This document shows positions 37,828-46,250 of a DNA stretch of 61,056 nucleotides, piece by piece; the first letter of the stretch is position 1; each line of letters opens with the position of its first letter. The DNA comes from a virus. The DNA lies in the IMG/VR virus record IMGVR_UViG_3300027498_000004, positions 1 through 61,056 of that record. The stretch is one strand, 5' to 3'. The notes beneath the pieces were generated by a model. That model made no database searches. It was not told the origin of the DNA and was given only the letters and a program-made list of their open reading frames with translations. Both the position numbers and the translations under genes were made by a program.

Positions 37828-37862
37828 CTGGGTGTGCAAGTAGGGTTGTGCATCCAGTTTTT
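37828..37862 (+). terminator. intrinsic terminator after the glucosaminidase gene
   Basis: CTGGGTGTGCA pairs with TGTGCATCCAG (11 bp including 3 G-U), 8-nt loop, then T5. Confidence 0.5.
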
Positions 37863-37873
37863 AAATTCTATAC

Positions 37874-39313
37874 ATGTTATTCAACAGAGAAATTACAGAG
37901 AGTCCCTGGGATCTATATCCTCATCAGGATTCTGATATTGCTAAAATAATCAAGGCACTTAATAACCATCAGTCAATGATGTACCAATTGCCGACTGGAG
38001 GTGGTAAGACAGTTATCTTCAATGAAATTGCTAAGGAGTATGTGATCAACGGATCCAGAGTATTGATACTCGCACACCGAAAGGAATTAGTGCTCCAGGC
38101 ATACAATAAGATTCTGAAATGGTACAACATAAACAGTGGCATCATAATGCCTGGCTTCATTCCTGATTACAGATATCCTGTACAGATAGCCAGCGTCCAG
38201 ACTTTGAATCGAAGGAATAAGCCAAAGGATATCGATTTGATCATTGTCGATGAGGCGCACCACGTTACTGCGAAGACATACTTGAATATCCTTGGACACT
38301 ATCCAGATGCGCAAATACTATGCGTCTCTGCGACTCCTTGGCGTCTCAGTGGAAAAGGATTCACTAATGTGGTAAATAACCTTGTATGTGGCCCATCGAT
38401 CAAGTGGATGGAAGATAACGGCTTCCTGGTACCAGCTAAGGTCTATGTCAATCCCCTCGATCATAGCCAACTGAGCAAGATTAAGATGACAGGAGGAGAT
38501 TACAATGAGCGACAGCTTGCACAGATGCTCGCCAATAGGGAAATTACTGCAGGGCTGGTAAGTTCATGGCTTAGTAAGGCAAAAGGGCACAAAACTATTC
38601 TATTTGCTGTAAATATAGAACACAGCCTCGCTATCAAGCAACAATTCCTTGCAAATGGTATTCCTGCAGCACATGTGGACGGATCTACTGCAAAGGGGGA
38701 GAGGGAATCTATATTTAAGGCTTTCGAAGAAGGAAAGTATATGGTACTGGTCAACGTTGGAATAGCAACTGAAGGATACGATTGCCCTTCCATTACTTGT
38801 GTACAGCTCGCCAGACCTACAAAATCATTATCGCTATACTTGCAGATGATAGGACGTGGATCCAGAAAGTATGAAGGAAAGAAGGAGTATATCCTCCTGG
38901 ACAATGCAAACTGCGTCCTGGAGCATGGTATGCCTAATCGAGATCGCAAGTGGACTATAAAGGATCGTGTCCGAAAGAAGAAGTCTACAGGACAGGTACG
39001 CCAGTTTAAAATGAAGATGCGTGATGGTACAGAGAAGTTGGTCAGTAGTAGAACGATCCCCGAAGGAATGGAAGGAATTGAATTAGTAGAGTTGACGGAG
39101 GATATCCGTATCGATATATTTCAAAAACTGGTTAAGGTTGCCGAGCGTAAGAAGTACAACAAAGCCTGGGCATATTATCAGTTTTTAAAGAAGGTAGACA
39201 ACTCTCCTTCATTAATGGAATTAGAATATATTGGCAATTTTCTTAGATACAAACCTGGTTGGGCACGTTACAAGTATAAGGAAATAAAATCTAAGCATGT
39301 CTACGCACAATAA
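37874..39313 (+). CDS. SF2 DEAD/DEAH-box helicase
   Basis: QLPTGGGKT (Walker A), IVDEAHH (DEAH), SATPWR, QMIGRGSR. Confidence 0.9.
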   Translation: MLFNREITESPWDLYPHQDSDIAKIIKALNNHQSMMYQLPTGGGKTVIFNEIAKEYVINGSRVLILAHRKELVLQAYNKILKWYNINSGIIMPGFIPDYRYPVQIASVQTLNRRNKPKDIDLIIVDEAHHVTAKTYLNILGHYPDAQILCVSATPWRLSGKGFTNVVNNLVCGPSIKWMEDNGFLVPAKVYVNPLDHSQLSKIKMTGGDYNERQLAQMLANREITAGLVSSWLSKAKGHKTILFAVNIEHSLAIKQQFLANGIPAAHVDGSTAKGERESIFKAFEEGKYMVLVNVGIATEGYDCPSITCVQLARPTKSLSLYLQMIGRGSRKYEGKKEYILLDNANCVLEHGMPNRDRKWTIKDRVRKKKSTGQVRQFKMKMRDGTEKLVSSRTIPEGMEGIELVELTEDIRIDIFQKLVKVAERKKYNKAWAYYQFLKKVDNSPSLMELEYIGNFLRYKPGWARYKYKEIKSKHVYAQ

Positions 39314-39785
39314 CACGCTGGAGGCTAAATTCAATACACTATCACACCTCCCAGTTAAAATTAAATATTTACTATCCCAGGGGCACTTCAAGGAGTGCAA
39401 GGCAAAGTTGATTGAGGAGATAGTGATCATGCTGAGGCGTGGCCACTATCATGCTCTTGATGGATTCTCTAAAGACCCGAAGAATGACTTGTATCATATC
39501 CTTTCCCTCTTTGCTTCTACTCAGGTCCAGGAATTAGCAGTAGATGTTCTGAACGGCAAGTATTACGAGGATACACCAATTCTTAATTGGCAATACAACG
39601 TTTATACCTACAGAAAGCTTCCCCAAGTGGAGAAGGTGAAGTGCAGCTATTGTTTGGAGTACATAGATCCAGACCTCGAGGTGATAGATGGGAAAGGATC
39701 CAAGGGATTCACTATCATGCACTCCCATTGCTCCCACGAAGTTAGATTGTTAGATATGTTATACTCCAAGGTTCTTTTGAATTAG
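39297..39785 (+). CDS. hypothetical protein with a C-terminal CxxC...HxHC zinc-ribbon-like motif
   Basis: ORF track; overlaps the helicase gene end by 17 nt. Confidence 0.65.
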   Translation: MSTHNNTLEAKFNTLSHLPVKIKYLLSQGHFKECKAKLIEEIVIMLRRGHYHALDGFSKDPKNDLYHILSLFASTQVQELAVDVLNGKYYEDTPILNWQYNVYTYRKLPQVEKVKCSYCLEYIDPDLEVIDGKGSKGFTIMHSHCSHEVRLLDMLYSKVLLN

Positions 39786-39886
39786 AGAAATTAATTATAT
39801 ATTGCATTGAAACTAAAATCAACGGAATGTTTCAGTCTTCTGAAAAGGTGTCAAACTCGAATTTGTTTATAGATATATAAGGGACG

Positions 39887-39952
39887 TTTTAGCCAGTGCC
39901 CTTTCACACTCCACCTTTTGGTGTGATTATGGCGCGTTGATACTGGCTAAAA
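39887..39952 (+). ncRNA. candidate structured RNA element (nested hairpins)
   Basis: TTTTAGCCAGT (39887-39897) pairs perfectly with ACTGGCTAAAA (39942-39952). Inner stem TCACAC/GTGTGA (39904-39909/39921-39926). No ORF. Confidence 0.3.
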
Positions 39953-39962
39953 TTTAATATAT

Positions 39963-39994
39963 CTTGTATATATGTAATAATTGATATATGTTTG
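39963..39994 (+). promoter_or_regulatory. early promoter, site F (TTG-N20-TATGTTTG)
   Basis: CTTGTATATATGTAATA (39963-39979) resembles sites A-D. Perfect -7 box at 39987-39994. Confidence 0.55.
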
Positions 39995-40143
39995 TTGCAC
40001 AGCGGTTTAACACACGCTGGATCAAATCTTAAATACGTCGGAAAAATGAAAAGATATTATAAAATTATGGGTGTGCCGTCTCCTGCTGCCGACGTTGCAG
40101 GGGCTTTACGGGTGTTAACACACCCTATTTTAAATCTTTTTCT

Positions 40144-40473
40144 GTGAATTATAGAAAATTCTATCAAGAGAATACTGATTATGACCTTTCTGGTTGTGAG
40201 GTTCATCACATTGATCATAATAGAGACAATAATCAGTTATCTAACTTAATACATCTCCCGAAGACTCTGCACACTAGGTATCATGTTGCACACAGTCAGT
40301 ATATAATCGCTAAATCATCGAACCAGCAGATACAAGTTCCAGGGATAAAGCATACTCAACCATTGATGTATGAGTTGATGTATTTAAGAATTTATACTGA
40401 TGTCCTATTAGAAATCAATAAGCACATTGATAAATATCAAATTAATCACCACAGACAACCATTTGGAATATGA
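40144..40473 (+). CDS. HNH endonuclease
   Basis: CEVHHIDHNRDNNQLSNLIHLPKTLHTRYH, an H-N-H motif. GTG start. Confidence 0.7.
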   Translation: MNYRKFYQENTDYDLSGCEVHHIDHNRDNNQLSNLIHLPKTLHTRYHVAHSQYIIAKSSNQQIQVPGIKHTQPLMYELMYLRIYTDVLLEINKHIDKYQINHHRQPFGI

Positions 40474-41402
40474 AATTCAATGTAAATATAAATCAGAAAC
40501 AGCTAAGTAAAGTTGATGGAATAGACCTTAAGGATGCTGCAATATTGGTATACGTTGAGGGTTTTATGAATAGCCGAAAGACTAAGAAGATACTTGTTGG
40601 AAATATTACATACATCTGGATTTCGTACGCTCATTTAATAGATGAAATGCCACTGCTTAAGCTTAAATCAAAGGATGCTATTTATCGCAGATTTCGTAAG
40701 TTAACTAATGCTGGACTGCTTGAGCCACATAAAGATAATAGGAGTATGGGTAAGTCTTATTATGCTTTTGGACCAATATATGAATCTATAATTAGCGACT
40801 CATATAAAGGTAAACCTACGGATGAAAAAACGGAGGGGGTACGGATGAAAAACCAAAGCACCTGCGGTCAAAAAGTCGGAGGGGGTACGGATGAAATTAC
40901 CGAGGAACATAGTATTAGTAAACATTCAACTAATGAATCTAATACTAACAACAAAGAGGCTCCCCTCAAAAATTTAAATGAGCAGGCAATTGAAATTGTA
41001 AACCACCTTGCAGAAGGTATTGGTAAAAATCTAATGACCAAAATTTCTGGACGTGGCTCATCAAACGTAACCAACGCAAAAAAATTACTGCGCAAAAAAT
41101 ATTCTGTAGATGAGATCAAAAATATGATCGCAATGAAAATATTTGAGTGGACGGGCACTGATAATGAAATTAATTTAACTCCAGAGACTTTATTCGGAAG
41201 AGCAAGTAAATCATCGGGGTATGTGGACCGAGCTATTGAGCTGGCAAGTGATCCAGTAGCAAAGCAAAAATTTATAAATCAGGTTAATTTAAGAAAGGAA
41301 CGATACAAAAATCAAATCAATGGAAATTCAAAAGGTAAATCAAAAGGAGGTTTCAGTCAAAAGTTTGCTGCCGAAGTTGCAGAAGGAATTAAGGGAATGT
41401 AG
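40470..41402 (+). CDS. replisome organiser/DnaD-like replication protein with a conserved phage C-terminal domain
   Basis: N-terminal winged-helix-like AIYRRFRKLTNAGLLEP. C-terminal IVNHLAEGIGKNL...AKKLLRKKYSVDEIKNMIAMKIFEWTG...LTPETLFG resembles Phg_2220_C. Confidence 0.55.
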   Translation: MKFNVNINQKQLSKVDGIDLKDAAILVYVEGFMNSRKTKKILVGNITYIWISYAHLIDEMPLLKLKSKDAIYRRFRKLTNAGLLEPHKDNRSMGKSYYAFGPIYESIISDSYKGKPTDEKTEGVRMKNQSTCGQKVGGGTDEITEEHSISKHSTNESNTNNKEAPLKNLNEQAIEIVNHLAEGIGKNLMTKISGRGSSNVTNAKKLLRKKYSVDEIKNMIAMKIFEWTGTDNEINLTPETLFGRASKSSGYVDRAIELASDPVAKQKFINQVNLRKERYKNQINGNSKGKSKGGFSQKFAAEVAEGIKGM

Positions 41403-41415
41403 AGAGCAAGGAGGG

Positions 41416-42249
41416 ATGATGTCCGAAGCCAACTCTGGATATGGTATGCTGGCTTTTAGAAAGCTCGACAAGATGATCATGGATATCTGCTCCTCCAAGG
41501 ACGGTGATCCAATGGATATAGAAAGAGTGAACAAGGCTTTAGAGAAGCGAATATTTAGAATCGATAAATGCTGGTACTCCTTCGATAACGTGATCACGAA
41601 ATACAGACGGGCACCGACTAAGTTCCCAACATCACTTGAAGCTGGAAATTATCCTTCTCCAAGCTTGGTCAACTTGAAGATATACCGAGGTACAGAGAAA
41701 GCGATCGGAGTGATCAAATTTATACTTGCGGAATATGTGAGTCGCTTCCAGGTAGCATATAAAATACCAGAAACACAAATCGACTTTCTGGCGTATGAGA
41801 TATTGACCGACTACTACATGCTGACGCTGGTGGAGATAAAGTGGTTTCTAAAAAAGTCGCTTACTGTAGAGAATATGCACAGGATTGATTTGAATAGTAT
41901 CCTGGTTCTATTTGAAAACTACAGAGAGATCAAAATGCAGCAGGGACAGAATAATTCGCAGCGTATGAGCTACGAACAGAAGAAGCTGGCAGAGAAACCA
42001 ATGAAAGCATCGAGTGAGCAGATAGCGCAGCTGCAGGAAGCATTGGAAGGAAAAGAACTGGATGATGCAATAATGGCTGAGGAGGATGCGCTCACCGAAA
42101 CGCTGCATAAGACTGAATGGTTTATGCGAGAGGATCCAGCAAAGGTGGCAGCAGCATTCAAAGAGGCTGATAAGTTGATGAGTAGAGAGCCAGCTTACAA
42201 AGAGCATAATAGAAAGATCGATGATCAGGAAAAGGAATCAGAACAATAA
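41416..42249 (+). CDS. hypothetical protein (277 aa)
   Basis: ATG 41416 is preceded by AAGGAGG. The track start at 41320 would overlap the upstream gene by 83 nt. Confidence 0.65.
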   Translation: MMSEANSGYGMLAFRKLDKMIMDICSSKDGDPMDIERVNKALEKRIFRIDKCWYSFDNVITKYRRAPTKFPTSLEAGNYPSPSLVNLKIYRGTEKAIGVIKFILAEYVSRFQVAYKIPETQIDFLAYEILTDYYMLTLVEIKWFLKKSLTVENMHRIDLNSILVLFENYREIKMQQGQNNSQRMSYEQKKLAEKPMKASSEQIAQLQEALEGKELDDAIMAEEDALTETLHKTEWFMREDPAKVAAAFKEADKLMSREPAYKEHNRKIDDQEKESEQ

Positions 42250-42275
42250 TTTAATCACGAAAATTTATAAAAATC

Positions 42276-42953
42276 ATGTTAGACTTTAGATCACCCTTCA
42301 TTCTCACTGGCTTGAATATGTCCAGTGAAACAATAGTCATCGATTACTTGATCGATGGAACATCAGGTTACCTGGTGAATTCAAACTCCTTCAATATCTA
42401 CTCCGATAACATCGGTGAGCAATTGCTTAAAGATTTGAACATGGCTCTGCTCTCCCTGGTACCACATGGAATGGTTCTTGGAAATTTAGTCAATGAGCTG
42501 GCTTATGCACGATACTTAGAATCTGCAGAATACGATATCACCGAGGCTGGACCTCGAATCCTTGAGCTGGAGGACAAGAAGACAAAGATTGACAAACTGG
42601 TTGATTTCAACGACTACGAGGGAATGCAGTTTAAGATTGCTTTCCAGAGCCTGTCATTAGATAGCTCGCAATCAGAGGCGAAGCTGAACTTCAAAGTGCC
42701 CTGCAAGAATAAGTTTTACAACCTCTCTCTACCAAAAATAAATATTGTTGATTTATCGCCAACCAACAAAGCTGTTGGTTTTGCATACTACCAGGCTCTG
42801 AGACGTGACCTGGCGATCATAGAAGAGCTGTGCTATAAGTTTGTTCGATCCAATAGTAAAATACAGGAGAAGCAACTTAAGCTTTTTGATAACGGAAATT
42901 ACAGTCCGACTTTCGAGGTTATTTCTGGTGACCAAGAGCAAGAAGCTGCATAG
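42276..42953 (+). CDS. hypothetical protein (225 aa)
   Basis: ORF track. Confidence 0.7.
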   Translation: MLDFRSPFILTGLNMSSETIVIDYLIDGTSGYLVNSNSFNIYSDNIGEQLLKDLNMALLSLVPHGMVLGNLVNELAYARYLESAEYDITEAGPRILELEDKKTKIDKLVDFNDYEGMQFKIAFQSLSLDSSQSEAKLNFKVPCKNKFYNLSLPKINIVDLSPTNKAVGFAYYQALRRDLAIIEELCYKFVRSNSKIQEKQLKLFDNGNYSPTFEVISGDQEQEAA

Positions 42954-42977
42954 TTTCATTTTAAAATCAACAGTAAA

Positions 42978-44051
42978 ATGAAAAAAGAAGGAGAAGTAGT
43001 ATTATCGTTTTTTGATGGATTGAGTTGTGGACAAATTGCTTTAATAGAGCTTGGGATTAAAATCAAAAAGTATTACTCTGCAGAAATCGATAAATTTGCA
43101 ATTACTCAAACTGAGCATAATTTTCCAGATACTATCCATCTCGGAAGTGTTACAGAAGTAAAAGCTAAAGACCTGGACAAGATAGATCTATTTATTGGAG
43201 GTTCACCTTGTCAAGGTTTCAGCTTTGCTGGAAAACAGCTTAATTTCGAAGATCCAAGGTCTAAACTATTCGTTGAGTTTGTTCGAGTATGGAAAGAGAT
43301 ATTAAAAATTAATCCTAATGCTAAGTTTCTTCTGGAAAATGTAAATATGAAGAAGATACACATTAAAGTAATATCCGATTATATGGGAGTGATGCCAGTC
43401 CGCATAAATAGTAATTTAGTTAGCGCACAGAATAGGGATAGATTGTATTGGACTAATATCCAGACTAAGAGTTATGGAATGTTTGAAGAGATAAGAGTAA
43501 GTGACATTCCTCAACCAAAAGATAGAAAAATATTTTTAAGAGATATTTTAGAAAATGAAAGTGAGGTTGACAAGAAATACATATTATCCAACAATATGAT
43601 AAAGGGGTTCCTAAATAAAAAAAATGGTTTTTACAATAGATTTAATCCAGAGGGAATCAATATAAATGGAAAATGTCATACTCTAACAGCAAGATATTTT
43701 AAACAAGCAGTAACCGATCCATATGTAAGAATTTGTGTTGCAATGCGTGGAAGGAATCCAAACAATCCAAATGATAGAAGTTTAGGCGCACCAACTGAAC
43801 AGCGACTAGAACCTAAGACAGACGGCAAAACAAATTGTTTAACGAGTGTTTCAAAAGATAATTTAATATTACAATTTCAAAAAGATTATAAGTTAAGAAG
43901 ATTAACACCTACTGAGTGTGCTAGACTTCAAACTATTCCAGATTGGTATATATGGGAATGCTCAGATACTCAACAATATAAAATGTTAGGGAACGGGTGG
44001 ACAATTGAAGTAATCAAACATATTTTAAGCTTCTATAAATCAAAAAAATGA
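42978..44051 (+). CDS. DNA (cytosine-5)-methyltransferase
   Basis: LSFFDGLSCG (motif I), GGSPCQGFS (motif IV), FLLENV (VI), QNRDRLYW (VIII), LGNGWT (X). Confidence 0.9.
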   Translation: MKKEGEVVLSFFDGLSCGQIALIELGIKIKKYYSAEIDKFAITQTEHNFPDTIHLGSVTEVKAKDLDKIDLFIGGSPCQGFSFAGKQLNFEDPRSKLFVEFVRVWKEILKINPNAKFLLENVNMKKIHIKVISDYMGVMPVRINSNLVSAQNRDRLYWTNIQTKSYGMFEEIRVSDIPQPKDRKIFLRDILENESEVDKKYILSNNMIKGFLNKKNGFYNRFNPEGININGKCHTLTARYFKQAVTDPYVRICVAMRGRNPNNPNDRSLGAPTEQRLEPKTDGKTNCLTSVSKDNLILQFQKDYKLRRLTPTECARLQTIPDWYIWECSDTQQYKMLGNGWTIEVIKHILSFYKSKK

Positions 44052-44617
44052 AATTACTTGGAATAGATCCTGGAACTGCAGATCATAATGGCTGGTCTAT
44101 ATACGAAACGCAGACGCAGATTTTTGATACAGTATCCGCAACCGATGCTTTTGTACTTTTGAAAGACATCCATACCTGGTACGACGATGATGCGATTGAA
44201 GGTGTCGTACTGGAGGATCCTAATCTGGACAGCTCTGTATTCAATGGACAGAAGTACTACAAGGTTATGCTTGCAAAGACGAACCATCACGCTGCTCTTG
44301 CTGCAGTATTAAAGATGGGACAGGGAGTTGGCATGAATAAAGGACTCGCCAGGCTATTCCATAACAAAATTATTGATTGGAAGATTCCCTTCATTAGAAT
44401 TGCACCTTCTAAGCGAAGGCGAATCACCAACAAGAGTATAAACGGCAAAGCACTGAGAACGGTATTGATGCCGACTAAGATTACATCTAAGCAATTTAAA
44501 GAGATGACTGGATATACAGGAATGACAAATGAGCATGGGCGCGACTCTGCTTGTATGCTGTACCAGATGACAGAGAACAAGTTTAATATTTTATCACAAT
44601 TAGAAGTAAAGGAGTAA
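44048..44617 (+). CDS. RuvC-like Holliday junction resolvase (tentative)
   Basis: N-terminal KLLGIDPGT and the later VVLEDPN acidic motif. ATGA overlap with the MTase gene. Confidence 0.45.
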   Translation: MKLLGIDPGTADHNGWSIYETQTQIFDTVSATDAFVLLKDIHTWYDDDAIEGVVLEDPNLDSSVFNGQKYYKVMLAKTNHHAALAAVLKMGQGVGMNKGLARLFHNKIIDWKIPFIRIAPSKRRRITNKSINGKALRTVLMPTKITSKQFKEMTGYTGMTNEHGRDSACMLYQMTENKFNILSQLEVKE

Positions 44618-44635
44618 TGCAGGCAGAGGAAACTA

Positions 44636-44800
44636 TTGTTTTTATTGGTAATCAACGACATCAAGAGTAAAGAATTGAATATAAAAAAACTGCCAAAGGA
44701 TTATCCATTATCTTCAGGGACTATTTACAGGTTACGAGGTGGATATGCTTCACGAAAAACCCTCAAAAAGATTGATCAACTAATAGAATATAAATTATGA
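44636..44800 (+). CDS. candidate small HTH protein (TTG start), or an in-frame extension of the preceding gene past TAA 44615-44617
   Basis: 61 sense codons in the same frame as 44048-44617, with no ATG. ...LSSGTIYRLRGGYASRKTLKKIDQLIEYKL. The stop overlaps the next ATG (ATGA). Confidence 0.35.
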   Translation: MFLLVINDIKSKELNIKKLPKDYPLSSGTIYRLRGGYASRKTLKKIDQLIEYKL

Positions 44801-45138
44801 GAACGTCAGACCTTAGAGTAGCAAAACATGAGATATTTAACTTCCAGAGTTTCCTCAATGAGACAAATAGCATCAGCAGTTCATTGGTCACTAATAGTAA
44901 GTTTGGATTGTATCTGTACCCTTTCGCCAATCAAGTCTTCCATGAGAAAGGACCTAACAAGCTCAAGGAGGTTTTAGATGTAATATTCGAAGCATTGGAC
45001 TTCCTGGAGAAGAAGGTATTTCCTGGATCAACAGCTTTGCTTTTGAAGTTGCCTGTGCTGAAATGGATAATTATTGGTAAATTCACATATAAATTTATTA
45101 TTGACATCCATAAATTGCTATCAAATGAAGAAGCTTAA
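44797..45138 (+). CDS. hypothetical protein (113 aa)
   Basis: ORF track; ATGA junction upstream. Confidence 0.5.
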   Translation: MRTSDLRVAKHEIFNFQSFLNETNSISSSLVTNSKFGLYLYPFANQVFHEKGPNKLKEVLDVIFEALDFLEKKVFPGSTALLLKLPVLKWIIIGKFTYKFIIDIHKLLSNEEA

Positions 45139-46249
45139 CATTCTATTTTCGTTTTTATTCCTCATTACATTATCCTTTGCTCAGGAGAGGATAATCGTAT
45201 ACGATACACCACCTCCAGAGTCTGAGATAGACTGCTCACTACCAACTCCAATCATCCAAAATAAGGCAAGAGCCCTTTCCCAAATAGACCCTTACCCAAG
45301 GGAGATGCATGGGATACAGTTTGCACACTCTAAAGGTTGGACTGGAAAAGGTATTAAAATTGCTATCCTGGACACAGGAGTAAAGGCACACGATGACCTT
45401 CCTAGCGTTAAAGAAATAAGAGACTATACTGGCGACTCTAATTGCTGCGACAACCATGCGACACATGTATTTGGTACCAATGCAGCACTAGATAATACTT
45501 TTGGAGTAGTAGGATCTTGTGAACCAGATTTATATGACTTCCGAGTATTAGATAATAATGGATCAGGTAGCTCGATCCGAATCGGTGAAGCCATTGTAGA
45601 CGCTGCGGACGCTGGTATGGATATTATTTCCATGAGCCTTGGAGGAGACCCAAACCAAGCATTAAAGGATGCCTGCGACTATGCAATACTACAGGGATGC
45701 CTTGTCGTTGCTGCTGCAGGAAACTCTGGATCAGACGGTATGATATATCCCGCCAAGTGGTCAAATATCATAAGTGTATTTGCAGTTGATCAACAGAAGC
45801 AATCGCCAGACTTTAGCTCACATGGAATTGGTATTGTATCGAGTGGAGGAGTAAATATTTTGTCAACGATCAACAATGACGAGTATGCTCCTTTTTCTGG
45901 TACTTCTATGGCGACACCAACTATTTCTGGAGTGCTGGCCATAATGCAAGAGTACGCAATAGCACAGGGCAAAAGAATGACCCAGGTCGATGCTATTAAT
46001 GAGCTTATCCGAATTAGTGAGGATATTGGAGATCCAGGAAGAGATGTCAGGACTGGCTATGGAATCCCCGACTTAACTAAATACATTCTAAAGGAAAGAG
46101 GCGAGGTTGAAATAGAGCCCGATGATGATCCTATTGTTGATGAACCGATAAATGATGATCCACAAAACAATCCCCTTGCACTTGTGATAGTTCTTGGAAT
46201 ACTGATTGGAGTTGTTGGATTGATTGTATTAACTCAAAATAAAAAGTAG
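45125..46249 (+). CDS. subtilisin-like S8 serine protease with a signal peptide and a C-terminal TM anchor
   Basis: MKKLNILFSFLFLITLSFAQ. Catalytic triad: D in AILDTGV, H in NHATHVFGT, S in GTSMATP. Oxyanion region AAAGNSG. C-terminus LALVIVLGILIGVVGLIVL. Confidence 0.85.
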   Translation: MKKLNILFSFLFLITLSFAQERIIVYDTPPPESEIDCSLPTPIIQNKARALSQIDPYPREMHGIQFAHSKGWTGKGIKIAILDTGVKAHDDLPSVKEIRDYTGDSNCCDNHATHVFGTNAALDNTFGVVGSCEPDLYDFRVLDNNGSGSSIRIGEAIVDAADAGMDIISMSLGGDPNQALKDACDYAILQGCLVVAAAGNSGSDGMIYPAKWSNIISVFAVDQQKQSPDFSSHGIGIVSSGGVNILSTINNDEYAPFSGTSMATPTISGVLAIMQEYAIAQGKRMTQVDAINELIRISEDIGDPGRDVRTGYGIPDLTKYILKERGEVEIEPDDDPIVDEPINDDPQNNPLALVIVLGILIGVVGLIVLTQNKK

Positions 46250-46250
46250 C

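Noticed and set aside
39887-39952. The GTTTTAGCC... start of the hairpin resembles the 5' end of type II CRISPR repeats, which could indicate a solitary repeat or RNA anti-CRISPR.
   Set aside because: Only 7 nt resemble such repeats. The element is a long perfect hairpin, unlike those repeats, and no host repeat is available for comparison.
40046-40147. The 33-codon ORF (MKRYYKIMGVPSPAADVAGALRVLTHPILNLFL) as a bona fide protein gene.
   Set aside because: It is too short and overlaps strong RNA structure. It is treated as a possible leader peptide within the finding, not as a feature.
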